From the NCBI GenBank assembly GCA_013695705.1, contig JACCZX010000302.1, positions 1-34,880 of the forward strand: 34,880 nt of DNA, read 5' to 3'. Every line of letters starts with the position of its first letter. The first letter of the stretch is position 1. Made by a program: the position numbers and the translations under genes. The notes below the pieces were generated by a model that was not told the origin of the DNA, made no database searches, and saw nothing but the letters and a program-made list of their open reading frames with translations. This stretch comes from Burkholderiaceae bacterium. GTDB lineage: Bacteria; Pseudomonadota; Gammaproteobacteria; Burkholderiales; Burkholderiaceae_F. This document shows positions 17,883 through 29,300 of this stretch, one piece after another.

Positions 17883-20024
17883 TCAGTTTAATTTTGATTT
17901 CTCCTTGAGTTTGTCAAGCGCGGCAAGAACGATGCCTTCGGTCAACAACTCAGGCAGCACCGCTGCTTCTCCGGTGCGATCGTAAAGCACGTAAAGCGGC
18001 ACGCCGTTGCGGCCGAACTGTGCCAGTGCCTGTGTAATGCGCTCATCGCGGTTGGTCCAGTCGGCGCGCATTAGCACCACGTTGTCCGCAGCAAAGCGGC
18101 TCTTCACGCTCTCAGCGCGCAGTGCGACGCGTTTGTTGACCTGGCACGTCACGCACCACGCGGCGGTAAAGTCGACGAACACCGCTTTGCCTTCTCCACG
18201 CAGCTGCGCGAGTTTTTCAACCGAGTACTCGGTCCATCCTGCGTCTGCGGTGGTACGAGTGCCCGGCGCCAGCGCTTCACTGACGGCGATCGGCGCGAAA
18301 GTCAACGCCGCCAGCACGCCGCCGACGGCCGCAACCCAGCGAAAGAAACGTGCACCGCGCTGCGACTGCCCGAGCGCCCACAGCGTAAATCCCACCGCCA
18401 CCAGCACGCCAAGTGCAAGAGCTACGCCGCCAGCGTCGACCTGCTGCGCGAGCACCCACAGCAGCCAAACACAGGTAGCAAACATCGGAAACGCCATGAA
18501 CTGCTTGAACAACTCCATCCACCGACCGGGCCGCGGAAGCTTTTCCAATAACTTCGGAAACAATGTGAGCAGCACGTAGGGCGCCGCCATGCCGACACCG
18601 AGCGCGGCGAACACAGACAACGCGATGAACGCCGGCTGCGTGATGGCGTAACCGAGCGCAGCGCCCATGAACGGCGCGGTGCACGGTGACGCGACGATGA
18701 CCGCGAGCACGCCGGTGCCGAAGCTGCCGCGCCAGTCCGATTTGTGCGCCAGCGCATCGGCAGCTTTCAGGTTCGCGACGCCGGTGGCCATCGTGAACTC
18801 GAACACGCCGAGCAGGTTCAAGCCGATGCCGAAGAACAGCACCGTCAAGGCGGCGACGACCCACGGCGTTTGCAGTTGGAAGCCCCAGCCAAGCGCGCTG
18901 CCGGCCTGTTGCAGCCCGATCAACAACGCGGCGAGCAGCACAAACGACAGCACCACGCCGACGGCGAATGCAAGGCCATGCGCCGCCATCGGACCCGAGT
19001 GTGTGCGATGCTGCGCCAGCCCGATCAGCTTCAGCGACAAGACCGGAAACACGCACGGCATCAAATTCAATATCAATCCGCCAAGAAGGGCGGTGCCAAG
19101 CGCAGCCAACAGCGACATCGATGAAGTGCTCGCGCCGGCAGATGCACCCGGCGCAGTCGCTGTGCCCGCCGCGCCTGCGGCTAGCGTCGTCTGCACCACG
19201 CTCGCCCAGCCGTTCGCCGTGCCGGGGCCGCCGTTAGCCACGACTACGCCCTTTAATGATTTGAAGTCGGCGCCAGTCGGTTTTGCTGCAGTCAAATAAA
19301 TTGCGAATTGACCGCCTTCGCTTTTCAATACTTGCGGCGCTGCCGGTTCAATGCGTCCTTCCTCGAGCGGGAAAAATTCCACCTTGTCGAGCGTTTTTCC
19401 GGCCGGTGGTGAAAGTGCGACGCGAATTCGGTCAGCGTCGATGCTGGCGGTAGCGGCGAGTGTGCCCTGCGGCACCCGCGCCTGCGAGGCGTTAAAAAGC
19501 GCGGTCGACGAAGACGGAGCTGCTTGCGCTTGCACCGGCAATGTCAATTTCACTTGTGCGTCGCCCGGAATGCAAACGTCTTTGCACTCGAGCCAAGAAG
19601 CCTTCGCCGTTAACGTAACCGGCGTGCCTACCACTAGATTGGCGGGCACCTGCACTGTCGTCAGCAGCAGTGTTTCGCCTTCGTAGCCGAAGTTCATCAA
19701 CGGCCCAACCGGCAACCGCTTCGGATGCGGCCAATCGATCGCGCCGGCGCTGAAGCCTGCCGGTAGCTGCCACTTGATTTGCGTCGGCAATCCGGAGTCA
19801 CCCGGCACCTGCCAATAGGTATGCCACTCGTGTTCGTGCTTGAGCCGAAGGCCGAGCTTCAGCGGCTGGCCGGGCACAATCGCGTCAGTCGCCGCGATCA
19901 ATTCGGCTTCAACATGCTTTTCAGGCGCGCCAAAGCGCGGCAGCGACTGGCTGGCCGCCGGCAGGGCGACAGTGGCGGCGAAGGTGAACGCGAGAGCTGA
20001 TAGAAACTGCATCTGGTTTTTCAT
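17883..20024 (-). CDS. DsbD-family protein-disulfide reductase (extended N-terminal periplasmic domain, DsbD transmembrane core, C-terminal thioredoxin domain)
   Basis: A signal peptide, the N-domain Cys pair (WLECKDVCIPG), membrane-core Cys residues (NLMPCVFPV, ASPCTAPFMG) and a C-terminal FVDFTAAWCVTCQ. 713 aa. Confidence 0.88.
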   Translation of the reverse strand: MKNQMQFLSALAFTFAATVALPAASQSLPRFGAPEKHVEAELIAATDAIVPGQPLKLGLRLKHEHEWHTYWQVPGDSGLPTQIKWQLPAGFSAGAIDWPHPKRLPVGPLMNFGYEGETLLLTTVQVPANLVVGTPVTLTAKASWLECKDVCIPGDAQVKLTLPVQAQAAPSSSTALFNASQARVPQGTLAATASIDADRIRVALSPPAGKTLDKVEFFPLEEGRIEPAAPQVLKSEGGQFAIYLTAAKPTGADFKSLKGVVVANGGPGTANGWASVVQTTLAAGAAGTATAPGASAGASTSSMSLLAALGTALLGGLILNLMPCVFPVLSLKLIGLAQHRTHSGPMAAHGLAFAVGVVLSFVLLAALLIGLQQAGSALGWGFQLQTPWVVAALTVLFFGIGLNLLGVFEFTMATGVANLKAADALAHKSDWRGSFGTGVLAVIVASPCTAPFMGAALGYAITQPAFIALSVFAALGVGMAAPYVLLTLFPKLLEKLPRPGRWMELFKQFMAFPMFATCVWLLWVLAQQVDAGGVALALGVLVAVGFTLWALGQSQRGARFFRWVAAVGGVLAALTFAPIAVSEALAPGTRTTADAGWTEYSVEKLAQLRGEGKAVFVDFTAAWCVTCQVNKRVALRAESVKSRFAADNVVLMRADWTNRDERITQALAQFGRNGVPLYVLYDRTGEAAVLPELLTEGIVLAALDKLKEKSKLN

Positions 20025-20087
20025 CCGACAGGTTCGTCTGGCAAATGTGGATCAAGTTCCGCTGAGTTGCCCAACCTAACGAATTAC

Positions 20088-21392
20088 TTAGCGGATTTCT
20101 GCAAATGCCTGCCTGGCAGCGTCGATGGTCGCCTCAATTACTGAATTATCGTGCGCCATCGATACAAAGCCTGCCTCATAGGCCGACGGTGCGAGATACA
20201 CACCGCGCTTCAGCATCGCATGGAAGAAGCGCTTAAATCGATCGATATCGCAGGCGATAACGTCGGCATATCGGGCCGGTACGCCGGCGGCGAAGTAGAT
20301 GCCGAACATCCCACCCACGCTATCACCGGAAAACGCTAAGCCGGTCGCACTTTTCGCTCCCTCATTTGCAACCTTCGTGAGCCCGTCGATCAGCAATCCG
20401 GTACGTTGTTCGAGCGCTGGGTAAAAGCCGGGGCGCTGAATTTCATGCAACGTAGCCAGACCGCAGGCAACCGCGACCGGGTTGCCCGACAACGTGCCGG
20501 CCTGGTAGACCGATCCCAATGGGGCGAGGTGTTTCATGACTTCGCGTTTGCCGCCGAAAGCGGCCAGTGGCATTCCGCCGCCGATCACTTTGCCAAGCAC
20601 CGTGATGTCCGGATCGATGCCAAAAAGTGCTTGCGCGCCGCCAAGTGCTACGCGAAAGCCCGACATCACTTCGTCGAAAATCAGCAGCGCGCCATTGGCG
20701 GTGCACTGTTGTCTCATCGTGCGCAGAAACTCCGGCGTCGCTCGCACCAGATTCATGTTGCCGGCGATCGGCTCGACGATGACGCACGCGATGTCGTCAC
20801 CGTGGGCAGTGAATGTCTCTTCCAGCTGCTGCGAGTCGTTGTAGTCGAGCACCAGCGTGTGTTGCGTAATCTCGGCCGGGACGCCGGCGCTGCTCGGATG
20901 GCCAAACGTCAGCAGGCCGGAGCCGGCTTTCACCAACAGACTGTCGGCGTGGCCGTGATAACAACCTTCGAACTTGATGATTTTGCGGCGCATGCCGTTG
21001 CCGGCGGCGCCTCTGGCCAGGCGAATCGCGCTCATCGCCGCTTCCGTGCCCGATGACACCAAACGCACTTGCTGCATCGACGGCACCAGCTTGATCAGCG
21101 CTTCGGCCATTTCGACCTCGGCTTCGGTCGGGGCGCCGAAGGAGATGCCGCGTTCCAGTGCATTCTGGACAGCCTGCACGACTGCCGGGTGCCGATGGCC
21201 CAGAATCATCGGTCCCCAGGAACCGATGTAGTCAATGTAGCGCGTGCCTTCGGCGTCCCAGAAGTACGGGCCGTCAGCACGCTCGATAAAGCGTGGTGTG
21301 CCGCCGACCGAGCGGAACGCGCGCACGGGGGAGTTGACCCCGCCCGGAATCGAGCGCTGCGCGCGCTCAAACAGGTGATCGTTGCTCGTCAT
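20088..21392 (-). CDS. hemL: Glutamate-1-semialdehyde 2,1-aminomutase
   Basis: The ATG at 21392 gives [31 protein letters not shown]. The PLP-lysine region is [10 protein letters not shown]. The longer ORF to 21545 lies inside thiE, so I discounted it. Confidence 0.95.
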   Translation of the reverse strand: MTSNDHLFERAQRSIPGGVNSPVRAFRSVGGTPRFIERADGPYFWDAEGTRYIDYIGSWGPMILGHRHPAVVQAVQNALERGISFGAPTEAEVEMAEALIKLVPSMQQVRLVSSGTEAAMSAIRLARGAAGNGMRRKIIKFEGCYHGHADSLLVKAGSGLLTFGHPSSAGVPAEITQHTLVLDYNDSQQLEETFTAHGDDIACVIVEPIAGNMNLVRATPEFLRTMRQQCTANGALLIFDEVMSGFRVALGGAQALFGIDPDITVLGKVIGGGMPLAAFGGKREVMKHLAPLGSVYQAGTLSGNPVAVACGLATLHEIQRPGFYPALEQRTGLLIDGLTKVANEGAKSATGLAFSGDSVGGMFGIYFAAGVPARYADVIACDIDRFKRFFHAMLKRGVYLAPSAYEAGFVSMAHDNSVIEATIDAARQAFAEIR

Positions 21393-22050
21393 GCTCGTGC
21401 CTTCCCTCATTGAATCCCTGCACCAGCTCGCGCGCTGCAAGCGCCGGATTATTCGCACCAAAGACGGCATCGAGTACGGCCGCCGCGTGGGCGCCGGCGC
21501 GCGCGACTGCGGCAATGTTGCCTCTATTGATGCCGCCGATGGCAACGATTCGCTGGTGCGGCCAGCTCGAGCGAGCCTGCGACAGCAACGTCAGTGGCGC
21601 GCGCACTGCGGCGGGCTTAGTGCTCGATGCGAACATCGAGCCGAAGGCGATGGCATCGGCACCGGCCGCTATCGCTGCGCGGGCAGCTTCCAGTTGGTCG
21701 TAGCAAGACACGCCGAGCATTCGATTCGGCAACCGGCGCCGCGCGATCGAGAGGTCGCCATCGTCACGGCCCAGATGCACGCCGTCTGCGCCCGACGCTG
21801 CTGCTACCTCGACGCTGTCATTGACTATCAACAATGCAGCGGCCCTGTGCGTCAGCGCCACCAGTTGTTGCGCACGATCGAGCCGACTCGCCGGATCCGC
21901 GCCTTTGTCGCGATACTGAACAGCGCGCACCCCGGCGTTGAGCGCGTGTCCGACCACCTTCAGCACATTGTTGAAGCCGAATGAAGCGGCATCAGGCGTC
22001 AGCAGGTACACGCCCGCGAGTGCGCTATGCAACACGGTCAGATTAGTCAC
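21367..22050 (-). CDS. thiE: Thiamine-phosphate synthase
   Basis: 227 aa with a GTG start. [20 protein letters not shown] and AIGGI motifs are present. The 3' end overlaps the hemL start by 26 nt. Confidence 0.85.
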   Translation of the reverse strand: MTNLTVLHSALAGVYLLTPDAASFGFNNVLKVVGHALNAGVRAVQYRDKGADPASRLDRAQQLVALTHRAAALLIVNDSVEVAAASGADGVHLGRDDGDLSIARRRLPNRMLGVSCYDQLEAARAAIAAGADAIAFGSMFASSTKPAAVRAPLTLLSQARSSWPHQRIVAIGGINRGNIAAVARAGAHAAAVLDAVFGANNPALAARELVQGFNEGRHEHDEQRSPV

Positions 22051-22175
22051 GCAAAATGGCTAGCGGTTACTTGTTATGCCACGTTATGATGCTTCGCTAA
22101 CTTGTTGATTTTAGCCGTCGAGACGGATTTGGCGTCGGCTTTCGTTGTTTGACACGAATGACGACCGGCGCGGCG

Positions 22176-22340
22176 ATGAAAACCTGGATGTGCCTGATTT
22201 GCGGCTGGATCTACGATGAAGCCGCGGGTGTGCCGGAAGAAGGGGTAGCTGCTGGAACACGCTGGGAAGACATTCCGCCGAATTGGACATGCCCGGAGTG
22301 CGGGGCGCGCAAAGAAGATTTCGAAATGGTTGAAATCTGA
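22176..22340 (+). CDS. Rubredoxin
   Basis: MKTWMCLICGWIYDE...WTCPECGARKEDFE contains two CxxCG knuckles. Alternative upstream starts are at 22149 (TTG) and 22158 (ATG). Confidence 0.9.
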   Translation: MKTWMCLICGWIYDEAAGVPEEGVAAGTRWEDIPPNWTCPECGARKEDFEMVEI

Positions 22341-22427
22341 CCTCGGAACCACGGTATTCGGCGCTGACACTACGCTGGCTTCGCGTACAACGCAGGCTCG
22401 GTAATAGCGCGAGATGGGTTGCAACAA

Positions 22428-22823
22428 ATGGCGGCTCTGGACTTTACGGAAATCCGCGGCAAGAAAGTGATGGTGATCGATGATTCGAACACTATCCGCC
22501 GCAGCGCAGAGATTTTTCTATCGCAGGCCGGCTGCCAGGTGATCTTGGCGCAGGATGGATTTGAAGCGCTTTCAAAAATCAACGATCACCAACCCAACAT
22601 CATTTTTTGCGACATCTTGATGCCGCGTCTTGATGGCTATCAGACATGCGCACTGATTAAAAGAAGCCCGCGTTTTCACAAGACCCCAGTGGTGATGCTG
22701 TCGTCGAAAGACGGATTGTTCGATCGCGCGCGCGGACGCATGGTTGGTTCGAGCGAGTATCTAACCAAACCTTTTACCAAGGATAGTTTGCTGACCGCTG
22801 TACGCCAGCACTCAATGAATTAA
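22428..22823 (+). CDS. pilG: Twitching-motility response regulator PilG (CheY-like)
   Basis: KVMVIDDSNTIRR...IIFCDILMPRLDGYQTCALIK...MLSSKDGLFDRARGRMVGSSEYLTKPF closely resembles P. aeruginosa PilG as I remember it. An alternative TTG start is at 22419. Confidence 0.9.
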   Translation: MAALDFTEIRGKKVMVIDDSNTIRRSAEIFLSQAGCQVILAQDGFEALSKINDHQPNIIFCDILMPRLDGYQTCALIKRSPRFHKTPVVMLSSKDGLFDRARGRMVGSSEYLTKPFTKDSLLTAVRQHSMN

Positions 22824-22853
22824 AAAAATAGGCTGTTGGCGGAGGGAAGTGCC

Positions 22854-23219
22854 ATGCCGATTAAGAAAGTTCTGATCGTCGACGATTCGCCGACCGAGCG
22901 CCATGTATTGACCGAGATGCTGACCAAGCAGGGCTTCGCCGTGTCGACTGCGGAGAACGCGGACGAGGCAATGATCAAGGTCAAGACGATGCCGCCGGAC
23001 CTGATTCTGATGGATGTTGTGATGCCTGGACAAAACGGTTTTCAGCTTACGCGTGCCCTGTCCAAGGACCCGGCGACGCAGAACATCCCAATCATCATGT
23101 GTACCAGCAAGAACCAGCAGACCGATCGTATTTGGGGCCTGCGCCAAGGCGCGCGTGACTATGTCGTCAAGCCGGTCAAGGCTGATGAGTTGTTTGAAAA
23201 GATCGCGGCGTTTAATTAG
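22854..23219 (+). CDS. pilH: Twitching-motility response regulator PilH (CheY-like)
   Basis: The ATG at 22854 is preceded by GGAGGGA. MPIKKVLIVDDSPTERH...DVVMPGQNGFQLTR...KP is a single receiver domain. Confidence 0.9.
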   Translation: MPIKKVLIVDDSPTERHVLTEMLTKQGFAVSTAENADEAMIKVKTMPPDLILMDVVMPGQNGFQLTRALSKDPATQNIPIIMCTSKNQQTDRIWGLRQGARDYVVKPVKADELFEKIAAFN

Positions 23220-23268
23220 TTAGTGGCAGACACAGATAGTCAGCGGAGCAGGTAAGCAACCGGCGAAC

Positions 23269-23823
23269 ATGGCAACGAGCAGAGAAGCGTCCAACCGACA
23301 GATGGTCAAACTGCGCGAATTTTCGACGCAGCTGGCGCAACGTCTGAAGGACGCTCCGAACAAGCCCACCGAGCCGACGCGCTTGGCAGTGCGTATTGGG
23401 GCCGAAAGTTATTTGATCGAAATGGCGTTGGCTGGAGAGATTGTGAGCCTGCCGGGAATTGCGCCGGTGCCGTGGACTCGGCCATGGTATCGAGGGCTTG
23501 CCAATGTCCGTGGCAGATTGATCGGCGTGGTTGACATTATGCAGCTCAGCGGTCGTGATCCTTTGCCACCGGACCAATCGCAACAAGTTTTGGTTTTCGG
23601 CGAGGTGCTTGGAGTCAACGCAGGCATCCTCGTGTCGCGTGCGTTCGGCATTCGCAACTTGAAAGAACTAACGCTGCTGGAGGGCGAGGCGCCGGCGACG
23701 GGCCTGGCACCGCGCGCGAGCTGGGAGCACGCACGCTATCGGGACAACGACGGTTTGACGATGACCGAGCTCGAGTTGCGCGAGCTTGCCATGTCGCCGC
23801 ACTTTTCAGCAATCGGTGTATGA
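23269..23823 (+). CDS. pilI: CheW-like coupling protein PilI
   Basis: CheW-domain pattern (LAVRIGAESYLIEM...VPWTRPWYRGLANVRGRLIGVVD) in the position between pilH and pilJ. Confidence 0.85.
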   Translation: MATSREASNRQMVKLREFSTQLAQRLKDAPNKPTEPTRLAVRIGAESYLIEMALAGEIVSLPGIAPVPWTRPWYRGLANVRGRLIGVVDIMQLSGRDPLPPDQSQQVLVFGEVLGVNAGILVSRAFGIRNLKELTLLEGEAPATGLAPRASWEHARYRDNDGLTMTELELRELAMSPHFSAIGV

Positions 23824-23966
23824 GTGGCGCGACTTTGGTCGGCCTGATTTGTAGCAAAGCATGCGAAACAAAAAAGGCGACCGCAACATGCGGCGTGACG
23901 ATGCCGGCCAGATCAACAATGGCGGCACAAGGGTGTAACGGTGGAGCTGTAGTGGCGGAGGGTTAG

Positions 23967-26231
23967 ATGGCGCTCGACATGGCATCGATGGTAAGCAAGA
24001 AAAAACCTAAAGAGCGATCGAGTCGGAATCGCGATTCGTTTCGGCCGAGCGTGCTGGACACGATGTCGCCTGGCACGACGACAGCGGTGCCGGCGCCGAA
24101 GACCGTGATGCTCGAGCGCCCTGGCACCACCGGCGGCGCGATGCGCTTCATGGATCGGCTGATCGAGATGCGGTTGCCGGTGATTGGCGACAAGCCCGTC
24201 AACACGCAGGTTCAGGTTTTGTTGGCGTTGCTGGTCACGTTCCTGTTGTTATTCGTTCTGGTGCTGATCATCGACAACCGTCTGGCATCCAACGGTGCGA
24301 TGCAGATCGAGATCGTCGGCGACACCTTGATGCACACGCAGCGTCTGGCCAAGGCGGCGCCGAATGCCGTCGGCGGCAACCGTTCGGCGTTCGTCGAGGT
24401 CAAGGAGAGCCGCGACGCAATTGCGGGCAACCTAGATGCGCTGAGCAAAGGCGATGACAAGCGCGGGCTGACCGCTTCGAGCGGCGATGCCATCACGCCG
24501 GCGGTGGACAAGCTGATGAACAACTGGCGCGCGAGCGAATCTGCGGCGTCGGTCATTCTTGCCAACGAAAAAACGCTGATGGCGTTTGGCGACGTGATCA
24601 AGAAAATCAACGACGCGAGTCCACGCCTGCAGCAATTGACCGAAGAAATCATGGCGCTCAAGCTGCAAGTCGGAGCTTCGTCGCGCGAAATTGCAACCGC
24701 CGGCCAGTTGGTAACGTTGACGCAGCGACTTGGCAAGAGCGCCAACTCGCTGGTGGCGGGCAACGTCGCGAATGCCGAAGTTGCTCTGACGCTCGGCCGC
24801 GACATCAACCAATTTCGCGATCTGACGCAAGCGCTTCTTTCCGGCAGCGAGGCCCTGCGTATCACTGCGTCGACCGATGCCGAGGCGCGCTCCCGTCTGC
24901 AGGAGCTGTTGAAGGTCTACGGCGAGTTTCAAAAGTCAATCGAAGGCGCGCTCGGAAGCTTGCAGGCCATCGTGCAGGCGAAGGAAGCCGAGCTCGGCAT
25001 CTTGCGCGACTCGGAAATGTTGCGCCAGCAAGTGGGGCAGTTAAGCGGCATGTACACCAGCGAACAACGCACGCGTGCTTTGAACTTGCTGCTGATGATT
25101 TTTTTCGGTGGCAGCTTGTTGCTGGCAGGGCTCGCCATATTCAAGGTACTGCTCGAAGACACGCGCCATCGGGCATCGGACGCCAACGTTCAGCGGATGC
25201 AGGCCGAGCGGCTTGAGCAGGACGCAAAGAAAACCAATGACGTGAATCAGGCCGCGATTTTGCGTCTGATGAACGAGTTGCAGGAAGTGGCCGACGGTAA
25301 CCTGACGGTGCAGGCCACGGTGTCCGAAGATATTACCGGCGCCATCGCGGATTCGGTCAACTACACGGTCGAGGAATTGCGCGGACTGGTGGGCCGCATC
25401 AACAATACGGCCGAGCAGGTCAGCACGGCGTCCACGCAGGCACGCGATATAGCGACGCGGTTGTTGACGGCGTCCGAAGCGCAGTCGAAGGAGATCAAGG
25501 ACACCGGCGATCAGGTGCTGAAAATGGCATCGCAGATCAACGACGTCTCGAAGAACGCCGGCGAATCGGCCAAGGTCGCGCGCGCGTCGCTCGAAGCGGC
25601 AGAGCGCGGACAGCGCGCGGTGTTCAATCAGATCAGCGGCATGAACGAGATCCGTGAGCAGATTCAGGAAACCGCCAAGCGCATCAAGCGCCTGGGCGAG
25701 TCATCGCAGGAAATCGGTGAGATCGTCGAGCTGATTTCCGACATTACCGAGCAGACCAACGTGCTGGCGTTGAACGCGGCAATACAGGCCGCTTCGGCGG
25801 GTGAAGCAGGGCGCGGCTTTTCGGTGGTAGCCGAGGAAGTGCAACGACTGGCCGATCGCTCGGCCGAAGCCGCCAAGCAGATCGGCGCGCTGGTGCGCAC
25901 GATTCAGACCGACACGCAGGACGCGGTCGCGGCCATGGAAAAGAGTACGCAGGGCGTGGTCGAAGGCGCCAAGCTGTCGGACGCGGCCGGCAATGCTCTG
26001 TCGGACATTGGCCGCGTTTCGCGCCAGCTGACCGATCAGGTCGAGAAGATTGCGTCGGCCACCAATGACCAGGCGCAGTCGGCCGGGGGTGTTGCTCATT
26101 CGATCGAAAGAATTTTGACTGTGACCGAGCAGACATCGCAGGGCACGCGGCAGGCCGCGCAGTCAATTGGGCAACTGGCCACGCTGGCGCACGAACTGAA
26201 AGCCTCGGTTGCTCGGTTCAGGGTGGGATAA
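23967..26231 (+). CDS. pilJ: Methyl-accepting chemotaxis-like receptor PilJ
   Basis: The ATG is preceded by GGAGGG. There are two TM segments, a large periplasmic helical domain, a HAMP domain and the conserved signalling hairpin ([33 protein letters not shown]). The cytoplasmic N-terminal extension before TM1 is about 85 aa. Confidence 0.9.
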   Translation: MALDMASMVSKKKPKERSSRNRDSFRPSVLDTMSPGTTTAVPAPKTVMLERPGTTGGAMRFMDRLIEMRLPVIGDKPVNTQVQVLLALLVTFLLLFVLVLIIDNRLASNGAMQIEIVGDTLMHTQRLAKAAPNAVGGNRSAFVEVKESRDAIAGNLDALSKGDDKRGLTASSGDAITPAVDKLMNNWRASESAASVILANEKTLMAFGDVIKKINDASPRLQQLTEEIMALKLQVGASSREIATAGQLVTLTQRLGKSANSLVAGNVANAEVALTLGRDINQFRDLTQALLSGSEALRITASTDAEARSRLQELLKVYGEFQKSIEGALGSLQAIVQAKEAELGILRDSEMLRQQVGQLSGMYTSEQRTRALNLLLMIFFGGSLLLAGLAIFKVLLEDTRHRASDANVQRMQAERLEQDAKKTNDVNQAAILRLMNELQEVADGNLTVQATVSEDITGAIADSVNYTVEELRGLVGRINNTAEQVSTASTQARDIATRLLTASEAQSKEIKDTGDQVLKMASQINDVSKNAGESAKVARASLEAAERGQRAVFNQISGMNEIREQIQETAKRIKRLGESSQEIGEIVELISDITEQTNVLALNAAIQAASAGEAGRGFSVVAEEVQRLADRSAEAAKQIGALVRTIQTDTQDAVAAMEKSTQGVVEGAKLSDAAGNALSDIGRVSRQLTDQVEKIASATNDQAQSAGGVAHSIERILTVTEQTSQGTRQAAQSIGQLATLAHELKASVARFRVG

Positions 26232-26236
26232 GAGCG

Positions 26237-26266
26237 CGCGCAAAAGTGCAAACCTACTTTTGCGCG
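26237..26266 (+). terminator. Hairpin between pilJ and chpA (possible attenuator or partial terminator)
   Basis: An 11-bp perfect stem (cgcgcaaaagt / acttttgcgcg) with an 8-nt loop lies 6 nt after the pilJ stop, followed by attagttt. The U-tract is weak, so the function is uncertain. Confidence 0.35.
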
Positions 26267-26372
26267 ATTAGTTTGCGAAAAATCGCTGGCGGAGCCAGAC
26301 AATTTTTCGAGTGCAACGGCACGCAAGTGACGGGGGAGTCGCCACACGTGATCGCGATAGTCGAGGAATTGA

Positions 26373-29300
26373 ATGGCTGAGAAACATGATCCAAACCAAC
26401 TAGTAGGCGCTGCGCCCGACATCGCGCCGCTGGCGTGGGTCATCGATGAGATTCGCGCGTCGCTTACCGAAGCGGTCAACGGGCTCAAGGCGTTCGTCGC
26501 CAGCAAGCAGGACGTCGATAGTTTGCGCAATGCGCGCAACCAGATCCACCAGGCCAACGGTGCCTTGCAATTGCTCGACCTGCGCGGTGTAGCGTTGGTC
26601 ACCGAAGCGATCGAGCAACTGACGCGTCGCTTCGAAGCCGATCCGAAAGAATGTTCACCGGCGCCGATTCGAATAATCGAAACTGCGTTGTCTGCGGTGA
26701 TGGCCTACCTCGAAGGACTGTTGTCGGGGCGGTCGAATCAACCGATCAAGTTGTTTCCTTATTACCGCGATGTGTTGCAGTTGAACCAGGCGACCCGGGT
26801 TCATCCGGCCGACCTGGTGTTTCCGGACCTGTCGCGCCGCCCGGCTTTTCATCAGATCGAAGCGCGCAATTTCACACCGCGCCAGTTGCGCGATCGGCGC
26901 GCTCGATTCGAGCTCGGGCTGCTCGGTTTCCTGCGCAACTCTGATGACGCCGCGCCGCGCAAGCGCATGCGTGAAGCATTGTCGGATCTCGAACACATGC
27001 CGCAGCGCGGCCTCGCGCGCAGCTTCTGGTGGATCGCGCGCGGACTGCTCGAGGCGCTCGAAGCGGGCGCGGTCGCGGTCGACGTTGATTTGAAGCGGGT
27101 ACTGGCGCGGCTCAATTTGCAGCTGCGCCGCATGATCGAAGGCGGCGGTGCGGTAGCCGAGCGCTTAATGGTCGACACCCTTTATTACGTGGGCCGGGCA
27201 GAAGGAAATTTGCCACGCGTGCTCGAGGTTAAGCGCCTCTACGGGCTCGATGCGCTGATCCCGGCAGATTTCGAGCGTGCGAGCTTGACCGCACTCGACG
27301 CCGACGCATTGCGCGCGTTAAAAGAAGCGATGGTGCAGGCCAAGCAGTTGTGGGGTCAAATCGTCGCCGGTTCCCCCGACACTGCGAAGTTCGAACACGA
27401 GATTGCGCTCGCCCGCCAGACATCGCACAAACTGCACGCGCGACCGCTGGTAGCAACAGTGGACGCGATCGCCCGCGTCACGCACGAATTCGCCAAGCTG
27501 GCGCCGAATGTGCGAGAGGCACTCGGGCTCGAAATCGCTTCGGCTCTGCTGTTTTTCGATCTCGGCGTCGATGAACTGCCGCAGATCGAATCCGAGTACG
27601 AAGGGCGTGCGCTGCAGGTAATCGACCGGCTCGCCAAGGCGCGCAACGGTCAGGCGTTGCCGCAGGCGGGCCCGTGGATGTCCGAGCTGGCGCGACGTGC
27701 GCAGGATCGTCTGACGATGGGCACGGTGGTGGCCGAAACACAGGCCACGCTGCGTGATATCGAGCAGCGGCTCGACCGATTCTTCCGCAATCCGCTCGAG
27801 CGTGCGGACTTGCCAGGCACCACTGCGATGTTCGATCAGGTGTGCGGCGTTCTTTCATTGCTCGGCTACGACGAGCCCGTGGCGGCGTTGCGCAACGTCC
27901 AGACCTCGATCGCGCGCTTTGCTGACGCGACTGTGGCGCCGGAGCCCGACGAGTTCGGCCGCATTGCGCAAAACCTTGGCGCAATCGGCTTTTTTGTCGA
28001 AAGTGTCGGGCAGGATGCGGACCGGCCGCGCGGCATGTTCCGTTATGACCCGGTCACCGGAATATTCAGCGCCGACCTCGGTCAGTTTCAATCTTCCGAC
28101 ATGGTCAACGCGCCGGCGGACGACGACTACATCGCGCCGCGCACCGTCGACATTCGCTTGCCGGCCAGGCGTGGCGACAACGTCGAATCGGCAGCACGCA
28201 AGACACTCGAGGCGGCGCACGCGCAAGCGACAAGATTGCTGTTGGTCGCCGGCGATGCGCGCGCGATCGAAGAGCTCGAACGCCTGTTGCCAACGCTGGC
28301 CAACGAAGCCGATCTGCTCGACAACGATTCGCTCAAGCAGAACGCCGCCCGCGCCACGCAGCTGCTGACGCAGTTGAAGGAATCGAGCCGGCGCGAGGAC
28401 GCGGCCGAGCTCGAGCAATTGCTGGCGCCGATACGCGCGCTCGAAACTCCGAAGCCGACCGCGCCGCTGCCGGTATCCGAGGCGGCTGCCGATAACGAAT
28501 TGCGGCAGATTTTCGTGGAAGAAGCGCGCGACGTGCTCGACAGCATCCTCGAGCAGCTCGAAATGCTGCGCACCACGCGCGATGATCAGGCGACACTGAC
28601 GACGGTGCGGCGCGCCTATCACACTCTTAAAGGTTCGAGCCGAATGGTCGGCTTCAAAACCGTGGGCGAAGGCGCATGGGCGGTCGAACAGTGTTTCAAT
28701 CTCTGGCTGGCGCAGGAGCGCGCGGCAAGCGACGATCTGCTCGATCTCGCAGAAGGCTCGCAGCGCGTAATTCGTGATTGGGTCAACCAGATTGCGCGCA
28801 ATCCCGGTGCGGAGCCCGATCCGACACCGCTGGTGCGATCGGCGCAAGCAGTGCGTGAAGGTGGCGCGTTCGAGTATCCGCATAGCTTGCCGGGGACGCC
28901 ATCGTCCCCAAAGTCTGACGGCAGCGCGCCGGCAGCGACTATCGACGCGCTGCCTGTAAGGAAGACTGGGGACACCAGCGACACCGGCCCGGCGACGGTC
29001 GAATTAATCGCCGACGAAATCATCGACGGCGATGTCGCGCCGATGGGCGTGGAGGAAATCGAAGCGTCGACCGCTTCTGCGTCCGCGGCGGCGCTTCCCG
29101 CTGCCACAGTAGCCAATGAAGAACCTGGCAGCGAAGAGATCAAGCGCGTGGGTCCGCTCGAAATCAGTCACGGCCTGTATTCGATTTTTCTGACCGAGGC
29201 AGACGAGTGCATCCGTGTGCTTGCCAACGACATTGCCGAATGGCGTTATGAGCCGGCGCGCGGCGTGACGCCTAACATCATGCGGCGCGCTCATTCGCTG

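Noticed and set aside
21393-21545. A 51-codon N-terminal extension of the hemL ORF.
   Set aside because: It lies inside thiE, and the HemL homology starts at [12 protein letters not shown] (ATG 21392).
22051-22175. I looked for a TPP riboswitch upstream of thiE-hemL and for regulatory repeats in the thiE/rubredoxin divergent region (ttacttgtta / taacttgttga).
   Set aside because: I could not see the conserved TPP-riboswitch core (CUGAGA ... ACCUGAUCUGGAUAAUGCCAGCG-like). The short direct words are too weak to call an operator.
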